A DNA stretch of 11,508 nucleotides. Origin: a virus (lineage: Duplodnaviria > Heunggongvirae > Uroviricota > Caudoviricetes). Shown one piece after another: positions 1 to 7,144 of this stretch. A program made the position numbers and the translations under genes. Location: the IMG/VR virus record IMGVR_UViG_2681813225_000024, positions 1 through 11,508 of that record; one strand, 5' to 3'. Position 1 is the stretch's first letter. Every line of letters begins with the position of its first letter. The notes under the pieces are model-generated. The model saw nothing but the letters and a program-made list of their open reading frames with translations, was not told where the DNA came from and made no database searches.

Positions 1-603
1 TTTCACACCTTCCAGCATGGTTTCGGGTTTTACCCCCTCATTCAAACGGGCTTTCCAGGCTTTGAAGGCTGCAGATTTTGAATTGCCACCAGCACGTTTG
101 GGGTATGCCAGCCATGCCTGCTCAAACTCCGGAGAGTATTCCGGTCGGTTTGAACGAACTCGCACAGACTCATCAGCAGATGCACCAACAGCTATTGGTT
201 CATTGACTGGTTCAAAAGAGTGACTGGTTCTGGGTGAATCTCCTGCACTACCCCCTGGTGCAACTCCTGCACTACCTGGTGAATTTGCTGCACCAGATAG
301 TGAATTATTTGCACTACCCCCTAGTGAATCTCCTGCACCATCCAGATGAAGGAGATAGATATTACTTGAGTTACCTTTTTCACCTTTCCGGGTGACTTTT
401 TTTACCAGCCCGGAATCACAAAGGGCCGCAATATGATTCATCACAGAACGTTTGCTAATCTCGCACTGATCAGCAATATGCTGGTAGCTGGGCCAGCACT
501 CACCCTGATCGCTGGCATTATCAGCCAGCTTGATCAGAACCAGTTTTCGCAATGGATTACCCACTCGAATTTTCATCGCTTTAACCATCAGCTCCATACT
601 CAT
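1..603 (-). CDS. Phage replication initiation protein, N-terminal helix-turn-helix domain plus Gly/Ser/Ala-rich linker; 3' end lies beyond window start (partial)
   Basis: Manual minus-strand translation from ATG at 603..601 is open to position 1 (201 codons, no stop); it is absent from the ORF track because no stop lies in the window. Begins MSMELMVKAMKIRVGNPLRKLVLIKLADNASDQGECWPSYQHIADQCEISKRSVMNHIAALCDSGLVKK, which resembles the HTH domain found at the N-terminus of phage replication initiators. ATG overlaps the upstream gene stop as ATGA (coupling). It is the last gene of the PR-like operon. Confidence 0.7.
   Translation of the reverse strand, partial: MSMELMVKAMKIRVGNPLRKLVLIKLADNASDQGECWPSYQHIADQCEISKRSVMNHIAALCDSGLVKKVTRKGEKGNSSNIYLLHLDGAGDSLGGSANNSLSGAANSPGSAGVAPGGSAGDSPRTSHSFEPVNEPIAVGASADESVRVRSNRPEYSPEFEQAWLAYPKRAGGNSKSAAFKAWKARLNEGVKPETMLEGVK
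225..350. repeat. Imperfect tandem repeats (~21-24 bp units) inside the replication gene, encoding a low-complexity linker (GDSLGGSANNSLSGAANSPGSAGVAPGGSAGDSP)
   Basis: Plus strand shows reiterated units such as ggtgaatctcctgcactaccccct / ggtgcaactcctgcactacct / ggtgaatttgctgcacca / agtgaatctcctgcacca; the reading frame is maintained through them. Confidence 0.6.
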
Positions 604-836
604 GCTGCACCTCCGAGATGCTTCATGTTTTTTCCGGAGCGAAAGGTTATAAGCGGCATACTGACGCGGTAATTACGGCCCAGCGGTTCACAAATCACCT
701 TCTGACATTCACGGTCAACCAGGCTAACACGTAGAACATGCCCTGCAGGCGTGGTGTACCACTGCCCAACTGTAGGAATTGATGTTTTTTTACGCTGAAA
801 TAAACGGTAAATATTGAGGATCAACGGATTAAGCAT
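600..836 (-). CDS. Hypothetical small phage protein (78 aa)
   Basis: ORF track; ATG at 836..834; its stop overlaps the replication gene ATG (ATGA) and its start overlaps the upstream gene stop (ATGCTTAA), giving translational coupling within the operon. No recognisable motif. Confidence 0.45.
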   Translation of the reverse strand: MLNPLILNIYRLFQRKKTSIPTVGQWYTTPAGHVLRVSLVDRECQKVICEPLGRNYRVSMPLITFRSGKNMKHLGGAA

Positions 837-1473
837 GACGATGCCCTCCGCTGATATTCAGGAGACGGTGAATATGAAAATTAGCCTTATCCGCCAGACG
901 AATACGTTCAGCCTGCAAGTTAAGAAGGGTTTCTACCAGAACCTGATGCGCCTGCGGATCCGAAAGAGTTACCTTGCGCAGAGCACGTAGTGCAGTTGTT
1001 ACATAACTGAGTTTATGTAAGTCTTCATCATTCAGACGAGTGAGGGCTGGGACAGTAGCCATGATGGCAGCCTCCTTGATCGGTGAAATACTTCCACCAC
1101 CGGAAACGCCAATTTCGCTGGTGGTGAACTGAACGGGGTTGGCGTAACCGGTGATCAAGGAAACCGGCGCATCTTTCGATGCCCCCGCCCAGCCCACCAT
1201 AACTTTGATGTGAGCAAATGCGGACGATAAAAAAGACGCTGGCGCGTCATATATCGCCTTGATCAATTCCAGGACGCCAATCCCGGCACCCGCTTTATAA
1301 GGTGCCTGAACAGTGTAACGTCCCGGAATGGCAGAATCAATGTGCTGGTGGTCCTTCACACTCAACAAAATCACGCCTGAATTTCCACAAAGGACTAAAG
1401 CACTCATGCGGGTAGTCTTTGCGAAGATAGATAACGCGCTGTGTTTCTGGTTCCCAACGAATAACATGGACAT
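829..1473 (-). CDS. Hypothetical phage protein; start uncertain (ORF opens at TTG 1518; ATG at 1473 has RBS-like AAGAGGG just upstream)
   Basis: ORF track 829..1518, 229 aa. Sequence looks protein-like (ALVLCGNSGVILLSV, GVSGGGSISPIKEAAIMATVPALTRL). Its 5' part overlaps the upstream 109-aa ORF out of frame, so the start or the gene integrity is unresolved. Confidence 0.4.
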   Translation of the reverse strand: MSMLFVGNQKHSALSIFAKTTRMSALVLCGNSGVILLSVKDHQHIDSAIPGRYTVQAPYKAGAGIGVLELIKAIYDAPASFLSSAFAHIKVMVGWAGASKDAPVSLITGYANPVQFTTSEIGVSGGGSISPIKEAAIMATVPALTRLNDEDLHKLSYVTTALRALRKVTLSDPQAHQVLVETLLNLQAERIRLADKANFHIHRLLNISGGHRHA

Positions 1474-1666
1474 AAAGCCCTCTTCCGTCACGAAACCAGC
1501 GGTTAAGTTCCCGCACAACTCGCCCCCCCACAGTCAGGTAAAGTTCTCTGTGGTTACTTACAGCCAGGTGATTTGGTAATCTGCATTCATGCCGTAACAA
1601 CAGGTGTTCAGCGACACTGACCACCAGCTGTTGCGACAAACGGTTATTTGCCGTTAAACTGTTCAT
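1337..1666 (-). CDS. Hypothetical phage protein (109 aa)
   Basis: ORF track; ATG at 1666..1664 overlaps the stop of the upstream CII-like gene (ATGA); GGAG-containing RBS about 10 nt upstream. No recognised family. Confidence 0.45.
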   Translation of the reverse strand: MNSLTANNRLSQQLVVSVAEHLLLRHECRLPNHLAVSNHRELYLTVGGRVVRELNRWFRDGRGLYVHVIRWEPETQRVIYLRKDYPHECFSPLWKFRRDFVECEGPPAH

Positions 1667-2226
1667 GCGTTAGTTTCTCCACAGACACAAAACGCCACGA
1701 CGCCCGGAGCTGCACACTCGCGGGCGTCACTCTTTTCTGGAGCGCAAAAGATTTTGTAGACCAGTGCTGCATGCTCTTGGAGCTTCGAAATTGACAGATA
1801 CAACTCATCATTAATTGCTGTCTGCTCGTGTGGCTCCACGACCCCATCTTCGATTGCCGAACGAATCTGCTTTGAGTAATTCCCGATCTGTTCGATGACT
1901 TCCAGCAGGCGCTGGTTTATATCGGCGTTCTCTACTTCCTCAATTTCAGGAAGCGATACGAACACCCCACCAGCAGACTGTGCGACAGCATCCGCAATGT
2001 AGTGAGTGCCAGCCGCGCGCTGTAAAACCATTGCCCATCCCAGCGGGAAAATCTGATCGCCATCGGCACGAAGGCGGTTAAATAATGCGTTCTCTGTTAC
2101 ATCCAGCCAGTCAGCTGCTTCAGCGTAACCACCCGGCAACGCTGCGATAGTTTTTCTGACAGCTTTCACGTACCACTCAGGCTGTTTTTCTACTTTCCAG
2201 TGATACTTACCCACGGTTAGCCTCAT
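1663..2226 (-). CDS. Putative CII-like / YdaT-like early regulatory protein (about 183-187 aa)
   Basis: ORF track; sits immediately downstream of the Cro-like gene, the position CII holds in lambdoid phages and YdaT holds after YdaS. Alternative GTG start at 2214 has GAGG 6 nt upstream. The family call rests on synteny and weak recollection, not on a verified motif. Confidence 0.5.
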   Translation of the reverse strand: MRLTVGKYHWKVEKQPEWYVKAVRKTIAALPGGYAEAADWLDVTENALFNRLRADGDQIFPLGWAMVLQRAAGTHYIADAVAQSAGGVFVSLPEIEEVENADINQRLLEVIEQIGNYSKQIRSAIEDGVVEPHEQTAINDELYLSISKLQEHAALVYKIFCAPEKSDARECAAPGVVAFCVCGETNA

Positions 2227-2257
2227 CGTTCTGTGGTTAAAAATTGAAGGTGTTCTG

Positions 2258-2458
2258 TTAATCTTTCGGATAGATATCCGGTCTTAAGTCAGATTTCGTA
2301 ATTGCACCTGACGTGCATTGCTCAAGTTTTTTCGCCAGCACAAAACTGGCTTTTTTATAACCATTGAAAACCAGCCGTAAGTAGCCAGGTGTTGAGCCAA
2401 CTTTTCCGGCCAACTCGCCCTGCTGTTCTTTGGTTAAAGAGTCCCAATACGCTTTCAT
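2258..2458 (-). CDS. Cro-like HTH regulator (YdaS/Cro family), 66 aa from ATG 2458
   Basis: ORF track frame 2258..2563; internal ATG at 2458 gives MKAYWDSLTKEQQGELAGKVGSTPGYLRLVFNGYKKASFVLAKKLEQCTSGAITKSDLRPDIYPKD, a typical small Cro/YdaS-type HTH. AAGG RBS about 10 nt upstream. Divergent from the CI-like gene across an operator-bearing intergenic region. Confidence 0.65.
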   Translation of the reverse strand: MKAYWDSLTKEQQGELAGKVGSTPGYLRLVFNGYKKASFVLAKKLEQCTSGAITKSDLRPDIYPKD

Positions 2459-2464
2459 ACAATA

Positions 2465-2531
2465 TGTACCTTCAGTATACATATTACATGATTGAAATGA
2501 ACCTTCAAGATACTTGTACCTTATCGGTACA
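2465..2531. promoter_or_regulatory. OR-like operator cluster: three 17-bp sites fitting TGTAC-N7-GTACA, with divergent promoters for cro-like and cI-like genes
   Basis: Sites read directly: 2465-2481 TGTACCTTCAGTATACA; 2498-2514 TGAACCTTCAAGATACT; 2515-2531 TGTACCTTATCGGTACA (perfect palindromic half-sites). They lie between the cro-like start (2458, minus) and the cI-like start (2549, plus). Confidence 0.5.
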
Positions 2532-2548
2532 AAGGTTTTAATTTCGTT

Positions 2549-3223
2549 ATGAAAACAATCCATGACATCCGGCGGTCTAACGCCAGAAACCTGAGAGATG
2601 GTGTTGGCGGAAATTCATCCTTTGCCACCATGATTGATCGCGAGCCAACCCAGACCAGTAGGTTTATGGGGGATGGCGCTACTAAAAATATCGGTGACAG
2701 CATGGCACGGCACATCGAAAAATGTTTCGACCTGCCTGTCGGATGGCTTGATCAAGAACACCAGACAACGAACATCACAAAAAAACCTGATGTTTCAATC
2801 ACTAACAAACAAATAACGTTAGTCCCTGTCATATCATGGGTACAGGCCGGAGCATGGAAAGAAGTTGGCTATTCTGAGGTTGATTTGAGCACAGCAGAAA
2901 CGTATCCCTGCCCTGTCCCCTGTGGCGAAATGACTTATATCTTGCGGGTGATTGGTGATTCAATGATTGATGAGTACCGCCCTGGAGACATGATTTTTGT
3001 TGATCCCGAAGTCCCTGCCTGCCACGGTGACGACGTTATTGCATTGATGCACGATACAGGCGAAACCACCTTCAAGCGATTGATAGAAGATGGAACACAG
3101 CGTTATCTCAAAGCATTAAACCCAAACTGGCCTGAGCCTTACATTAAGATTAACGGTAATTGCTCTATAATTGGTACAGTGATTTTCTCGGGAAAACCAA
3201 GAAGATACACAATAAAGGTCTAA
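2549..3223 (+). CDS. CI/LexA-like prophage repressor (N-terminal HTH, C-terminal S24 peptidase autocleavage domain), 224 aa
   Basis: ORF track. C-terminal region has the S24 hallmarks: GDSM (Ser nucleophile) in RVIGDSMIDEYRPGDMIFVD and a downstream Lys in TTFKRL. The N-terminus is HTH-like. Weak RBS, as is common for cI genes. Confidence 0.85.
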   Translation: MKTIHDIRRSNARNLRDGVGGNSSFATMIDREPTQTSRFMGDGATKNIGDSMARHIEKCFDLPVGWLDQEHQTTNITKKPDVSITNKQITLVPVISWVQAGAWKEVGYSEVDLSTAETYPCPVPCGEMTYILRVIGDSMIDEYRPGDMIFVDPEVPACHGDDVIALMHDTGETTFKRLIEDGTQRYLKALNPNWPEPYIKINGNCSIIGTVIFSGKPRRYTIKV

Positions 3224-3235
3224 TCAATATTTATG

Positions 3236-3260
3236 AACCTGCTTCGGCAGGTTTTTTTAT
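3236..3260 (+). terminator. Rho-independent terminator downstream of the repressor gene
   Basis: Stem ACCTGC (3237-3242) / GCAGGT (3247-3252), loop TTCG, followed by a T7 run (3252-3258). Confidence 0.7.
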
Positions 3261-3262
3261 AC

Positions 3263-3291
3263 TTGACAATGTACTCATGAGATACATAACG
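3263..3291 (+). promoter_or_regulatory. PL-like early-left promoter with overlapping OL-like operator
   Basis: Perfect -35 TTGACA at 3263-3268; weak -10 candidate CATAAC about 16 bp downstream. The 17-bp site TGTACTCATGAGATACA (3270-3286) has the same TGTAC-N7-ATACA architecture as the OR sites. Confidence 0.4.
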
Positions 3292-3708
3292 TATCCAAAA
3301 GAAACATGGGGCAGGCAAGATTCAAACAAAATTTGGTTGTAACACGGCGTATGGCACATGCGTCGTTAGCGGTCTGGGGACGTTAAAGGGGACAATCCAC
3401 TCCTTGCTCGGGCAAACAAACCAGGTAGCCGGAATGTGCAAGTCAATGATGATGCTGATAAGACGCCTAACCAGCGTGGCGATCCGGTTTGACGCCTGGG
3501 AAGAGACCAGGGTGCAACGATGAGGGCATTTATGGAGCCGCGACAAAGTGTGGTGCCGTAACTGGCTAAGTGCTCTCAGCGTTGTGGTCATCCGCGAAAT
3601 GGCGCGGCGGTAAGTATGGCTGGGTTACTCTTTCCCCGTTGAGGACACCGGATTGTCAGGTTGACCATACGCCTGAGTGACAACCCCACCACAACAGCCA
3701 CTGCTTTG

Positions 3709-3755
3709 GCGGTACCAGTTTGTACACTTGCTTCCGGCTGGTACCGCTCTTTTTA
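3709..3755 (+). terminator. Terminator-like hairpin in the early-left leader
   Basis: 10-bp stem GCGGTACCAG (3709-3718) / CTGGTACCGC (3738-3747) followed by TCTTTTT. Confidence 0.4.
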
Positions 3756-3756
3756 C

Positions 3757-3845
3757 AAAACAGAGAAGAGCATCACCGGACGACGGGCTCATAACCCAAT
3801 CCATCCGGGCGGCTGCCACCGCAGGTGTTCTTCTCTGTTTTGTGG
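3757..3845 (+). terminator. Second long hairpin (13-bp perfect inverted repeat at base) immediately upstream of the first early gene RBS
   Basis: AAAACAGAGAAGA (3757-3769) is exactly complementary to TCTTCTCTGTTTT (3829-3841), enclosing a 59-nt GC-rich segment; ends in a U-run. Confidence 0.35.
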
Positions 3846-3891
3846 AGAAACCAACCGACCTTGCAGGGTCGATATGATGAGGAGCAGCAAA

Positions 3892-4254
3892 ATGGCTAGC
3901 GAACGCAGTACTGATGTGCAGGCATTTATCGGGGAGTTGGACGGCGGCGTATTTGAAACCAAAATCGGCGCTGTTCTCAGTGAAGTCGCTTCCGGTGTGA
4001 TGAACACGAAAACCAAAGGTAAGGTCTCACTCAACCTGGAAATCGAACCATTTGATGAGAACCGTGTGAAAATCAAACACAAACTCTCATATGTTCGCCC
4101 GACTAACCGCGGGAAAATTTCCGAAGAAGACACCACCGAAACGCCGATGTATGTCAATCGCGGTGGTCGCCTGACTATTCTGCAGGAAGACCAGGGACAA
4201 TTACTGACTCTTGCCGGTGAACCTGACGGAAAACTCCGCGCAGCAGGTCATTAA
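3892..4254 (+). CDS. yfdP: YfdP-like conserved prophage early protein (120 aa)
   Basis: ATG at 3892 preceded by GAGGAG with 7-nt spacing; lies in the ORF track frame 3661..4254. Length and position directly upstream of a YfdQ-like gene match the CPS-53 yfdPQRS order as I recall it. Symbol assigned by synteny, not verified. Confidence 0.5.
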   Translation: MASERSTDVQAFIGELDGGVFETKIGAVLSEVASGVMNTKTKGKVSLNLEIEPFDENRVKIKHKLSYVRPTNRGKISEEDTTETPMYVNRGGRLTILQEDQGQLLTLAGEPDGKLRAAGH

Positions 4255-4318
4255 TACGTTATTAATAAACTGATTATTTATCGCATCACTGAATATCTTT
4301 ATATAGTGAGGACTTATT

Positions 4319-5143
4319 ATGTCTCAGAACTTAGACGCAACCGCAATTAATCAAATCCATGCCCTTATTTCTGCTCAGGGTGTTAATGAAATTATCAGTA
4401 AGATTGGTGCCGATGCTGTGGCATTGCCTGAGAATTTCCGCATTCATGATCTGGAAAAATTTAATTTAAATCGTTTCCGTTTCCGTGGTGCGCTTTCCAC
4501 TGCCAGCATCGATGACTTTACCCGTTATTCTAAAGATCTTGCAGATGAAGGTACCCGCTGCTTTATCGATGCCGATAATATGCGTGCCGTCAGTGTGCTT
4601 AACCTGGGTACTATTGATGAGCCAGGTCACGCAGATAACACTGCCACTCTCAAACTGAAAAAGACAGCACCGTTCTCTGCTCTGTTATCTGTTAATGGCG
4701 AGCGTAACTCCCAGAAGTCACTGGCAGAATGGATTGAAGACTGGGCCGACTACCTTGTGGGCTTTGATGCTAATGGTGACGCTATTCAGGCAACAAAAGC
4801 GGCTGCGGCAGTCCGTAAAATCACGATTGAAGCAAACCAGACCGCTGATTTTGAAGATAATGACTTCAGCGGCAAACGCTCCCTGATGGAGTCTGTCGAA
4901 GCGAAGACCAAAGACATTATGCCAGTGGCATTTGAATTTAAATGCGTTCCGTTTGAAGGCCTTAAAGAACGTCCGTTTAAATTACGCCTCAGCATTATCA
5001 CTGGCGATCGTCCTGTACTGGTTCTGCGCATTATTCAGCTGGAAGCGGTGCAGGAAGAAATGGCTAACGAATTTCGTGATCTGCTTGTTGAGAAATTTAA
5101 AGACAGCAAAGTAGAAACCTTTATTGGTACTTTCACCGCCTGA
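4319..5143 (+). CDS. yfdQ: YfdQ-like protein (DUF2303 family), 274 aa
   Basis: ORF track; AGGA RBS about 9 nt upstream; size and sequence character consistent with E. coli CPS-53 YfdQ; followed by YfdR- and YfdS-like genes in the same order. Confidence 0.65.
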   Translation: MSQNLDATAINQIHALISAQGVNEIISKIGADAVALPENFRIHDLEKFNLNRFRFRGALSTASIDDFTRYSKDLADEGTRCFIDADNMRAVSVLNLGTIDEPGHADNTATLKLKKTAPFSALLSVNGERNSQKSLAEWIEDWADYLVGFDANGDAIQATKAAAAVRKITIEANQTADFEDNDFSGKRSLMESVEAKTKDIMPVAFEFKCVPFEGLKERPFKLRLSIITGDRPVLVLRIIQLEAVQEEMANEFRDLLVEKFKDSKVETFIGTFTA

Positions 5144-5155
5144 TTTCATTACTGC

Positions 5156-5177
5156 AAATGCCCCTGCGGGGGCATTT
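5156..5177 (+). terminator. Terminator-like hairpin after the yfdQ-like gene
   Basis: 9-bp stem AAATGCCCC (5156-5164) / GGGGCATTT (5169-5177), loop TGCG; the U-tract is short, so this may be an attenuator or RNA stability element. Confidence 0.35.
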
Positions 5178-5270
5178 ATGGAAACATAATTTACTCAATA
5201 ATCGCCAGATGGTGATGGCTTCCTTTTACCAGAATTCAGCGCGGTGCAGCGCATATACGTGGAGAACAAA

Positions 5271-5807
5271 ATGTCATTTATTAAAACTTTTTCCGGGAAG
5301 CATTTTTATTATGACAGGATAAATAAAGACGACATCGTGATTAACGATATCGCGGTTTCCCTTTCAAATATCTGTCGCTTTGCAGGACATCTTTCACACT
5401 TCTACAGCGTCGCCCAACATGCGGTGCTTTGCAGCCAGCTGGTACCGCAGGAATTTGCTTTTGAAGCGTTAATGCATGATGCAACAGAAGCATATTGCCA
5501 GGACATCCCCGCACCACTGAAACGCCTTCTTCCTGACTATAAACGGATGGAAGAAAAAATAGACGCCGTAATCCGTGAGAAATACGGGTTACCTCCTGTT
5601 ATGAGCACGCCAGTGAAATATGCCGATCTCATTATGCTGGCAACCGAACGCCGCGATCTCGGGCTTGATGATGGCTCTTTCTGGCCTGTACTGGAAGGTA
5701 TCCCGGCGACAGAGATGTTCAAAGTTATTCCACTGTCACCAGGCCATGCCTACGGGATGTTTATGGAACGTTTTAACGAGTTATCGGAGTTACGCAAATG
5801 CGCATGA
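5271..5807 (+). CDS. yfdR: HD-domain phosphohydrolase, YfdR-like 5'-deoxynucleotidase (178 aa)
   Basis: ATG at 5271 with GGAGA RBS 5 nt upstream (track ORF opens at GTG 5244). HD motif context in AQHAVLCSQL...ALMHDATEAYCQDIP. Size matches YfdR. Confidence 0.65.
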   Translation: MSFIKTFSGKHFYYDRINKDDIVINDIAVSLSNICRFAGHLSHFYSVAQHAVLCSQLVPQEFAFEALMHDATEAYCQDIPAPLKRLLPDYKRMEEKIDAVIREKYGLPPVMSTPVKYADLIMLATERRDLGLDDGSFWPVLEGIPATEMFKVIPLSPGHAYGMFMERFNELSELRKCA

Positions 5808-6160
5808 ATGTTTTCGAAATGGAAGGGTTTCTTCGCGGGAAATGTGTACCGCGAGATCTGAAAGTGAACGAAACAAATGCTGAGTACCTGGTACGTAAAT
5901 TCGATGCGCTTGAAGCTAAATGTACGGCACTGGAAAACAAAATAATACCAGTGTCAGCTGAACTGCCACCAGCAAATGAAAGTGTTCTGTTATTTGATGC
6001 TAACGGAGAAGGCTGGCTAATTGGCTGGCGTTCTCTCTGGTACACCTGGGGACAAAAAGAAACCGGAGAATGGCAGTGGACATTTCAGATCGGGGACCTT
6101 GAAAACGTCAATATCACTCACTGGGCAGTAATGCCGAAAGCACCGGAGAATAAGAAATGA
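5798..6160 (+). CDS. yfdS: YfdS-like protein (120 aa)
   Basis: ORF track; start overlaps the yfdR-like stop; GGAG 8 nt upstream; size and synteny match YfdS. Confidence 0.55.
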   Translation: MRMNVFEMEGFLRGKCVPRDLKVNETNAEYLVRKFDALEAKCTALENKIIPVSAELPPANESVLLFDANGEGWLIGWRSLWYTWGQKETGEWQWTFQIGDLENVNITHWAVMPKAPENKK

Positions 6161-6360
6161 GCGTGATAAAAACTCATACAGGAATTGTTATCACCCGAGA
6201 CGGTCCGCAGGTAAAAAAACTGCACCAGACAAAGCGGATGTGGGTCGTCGGAAAAAACGAGTTTTACCGCAAAGAAACCGGACGCCGCCACTTTGCAGAA
6301 AATACGCGCCGCCGACTGCTGATCGACAGCATCAAGCCTATCGAGGTGAAGCATGTTTAA
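6157..6360 (+). CDS. Hypothetical small basic protein (67 aa)
   Basis: ORF track; ATGA overlap with the preceding stop; GGAG 8 nt upstream. Confidence 0.45.
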   Translation: MSVIKTHTGIVITRDGPQVKKLHQTKRMWVVGKNEFYRKETGRRHFAENTRRRLLIDSIKPIEVKHV

Positions 6361-6592
6361 ACAGAACGAAAAATCTATCGCTCAAATTGCTGAGTATATC
6401 CCGCGTGCGTGCCGGGGTATGCAGTTGCAGGAAGCCAAAGCGCGCCTGGAGAAAAAAATTGCGCTCTATATCGATGACGGCTGTGATGCTGCCGTTCTTA
6501 ACGCAGCGTTCGCGCCAGCTCTTAACAGTCATACGCGGGAGTCTTTTTTTTCGCGCATCGCAGCGCAGATCCGTAAAGGAGGCAACCAGTGA
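6353..6592 (+). CDS. Hypothetical protein (79 aa)
   Basis: ORF track; start overlaps the previous stop; GAGG RBS upstream; protein-like composition. Confidence 0.45.
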   Translation: MFKQNEKSIAQIAEYIPRACRGMQLQEAKARLEKKIALYIDDGCDAAVLNAAFAPALNSHTRESFFSRIAAQIRKGGNQ

Positions 6593-7143
6593 GCGAGATT
6601 AACTATCAGGCTCTGCGACTGGCGGCAGAAAATGCAACACCAGGCGAATGGTGTGCTGATGACTACCATGGAGTAATTGCCGATGCCGGACTGAACGCCA
6701 ATTACTACATAGCATCATGCTCAGGACCAGATAATCGCGCCAATAAACGATTCATAGCCGCCGCCAATCCTGCCACCGTCTTGGCGCTGCTGGATGAGCT
6801 GGAAGCAGCAGAGAAGCGAAACGCTGAATTACAAAGCGAGAATGCATACATCCGCAACCGGTACAAAGAACTGGACCTATTAATCGGGAAAAATATTCTG
6901 GTCATGCAGGCTGCCATTATCGAATGGCAGGCAACTGGCGACGCTAAGAGCGGACTGGCATGGATTTATAACACACTGTTTGGCCCTGGCGAATTACCGG
7001 ACGAATCTGAGAAAGATGCTCAGGCCTACTTTAATCGCAAATATGCACCGATTGACGAAAAGCTTATGGCGCTTCACAAGTGGTTTTGGGAACAAAGTGA
7101 AGCCGAGCGCGCCGCCGCCAACATTGGTGTGAAGGGGAAGTGA
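6589..7143 (+). CDS. Ead/Ea22-like family protein (184 aa)
   Basis: ORF track; GTG start overlapping the upstream stop (GTGA) with AAAGGAGG 7 nt upstream. N-terminal LRLAAENATPGEW and a coiled-coil-like middle region are typical of Ea22-like early-left proteins. Confidence 0.6.
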   Translation: MSEINYQALRLAAENATPGEWCADDYHGVIADAGLNANYYIASCSGPDNRANKRFIAAANPATVLALLDELEAAEKRNAELQSENAYIRNRYKELDLLIGKNILVMQAAIIEWQATGDAKSGLAWIYNTLFGPGELPDESEKDAQAYFNRKYAPIDEKLMALHKWFWEQSEAERAAANIGVKGK

Positions 7144-7144
7144 G

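Noticed and set aside
17-672. Plus-strand ORFs 17..223 and 433..672
   Set aside because: They are antisense to the well-supported minus-strand replication gene, whose N-terminal HTH domain and operon coupling explain the region.
1328-2816. ORFs 1328..1579 (+), 1644..1847 (-), 2521..2715 (-), 2634..2816 (+), 3160..3342 (+)
   Set aside because: They overlap better-supported genes (CII-like, CI-like, operator region) in alternative frames with no RBS; treated as frame shadows.
3322-3591. Minus-strand 89-aa ORF, plus 3625..3819 (-) and 3677..3877 (+), within the early-left leader
   Set aside because: Arg/His/Cys-rich low-complexity translations, no RBS, and overlap with RNA secondary-structure elements; more consistent with a GC-rich untranslated leader.
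3661-3891. In-frame N-terminal extension of the YfdP-like gene (track ORF 3661..4254, 197 aa)
   Set aside because: The extension overlaps the two leader hairpins, has implausible Cys/Arg/His/Pro-rich composition and lacks an RBS, whereas ATG 3892 has GAGGAG at ideal spacing and gives the 120-aa length expected for YfdP.
3292-3891. ToxI-like tandem RNA repeats, retron msr/msd or CRISPR array in the structured leader
   Set aside because: No tandem direct repeats of consistent period, no adjacent reverse transcriptase, toxin-endoribonuclease or cas genes; only isolated inverted repeats are present.
6240-6602. 120-aa plus-strand ORF spanning two smaller called genes
   Set aside because: Extremely Arg/Lys-rich junk-like translation in an alternative frame; the 67-aa and 79-aa ORFs in the other frames have RBSs and start-stop coupling.
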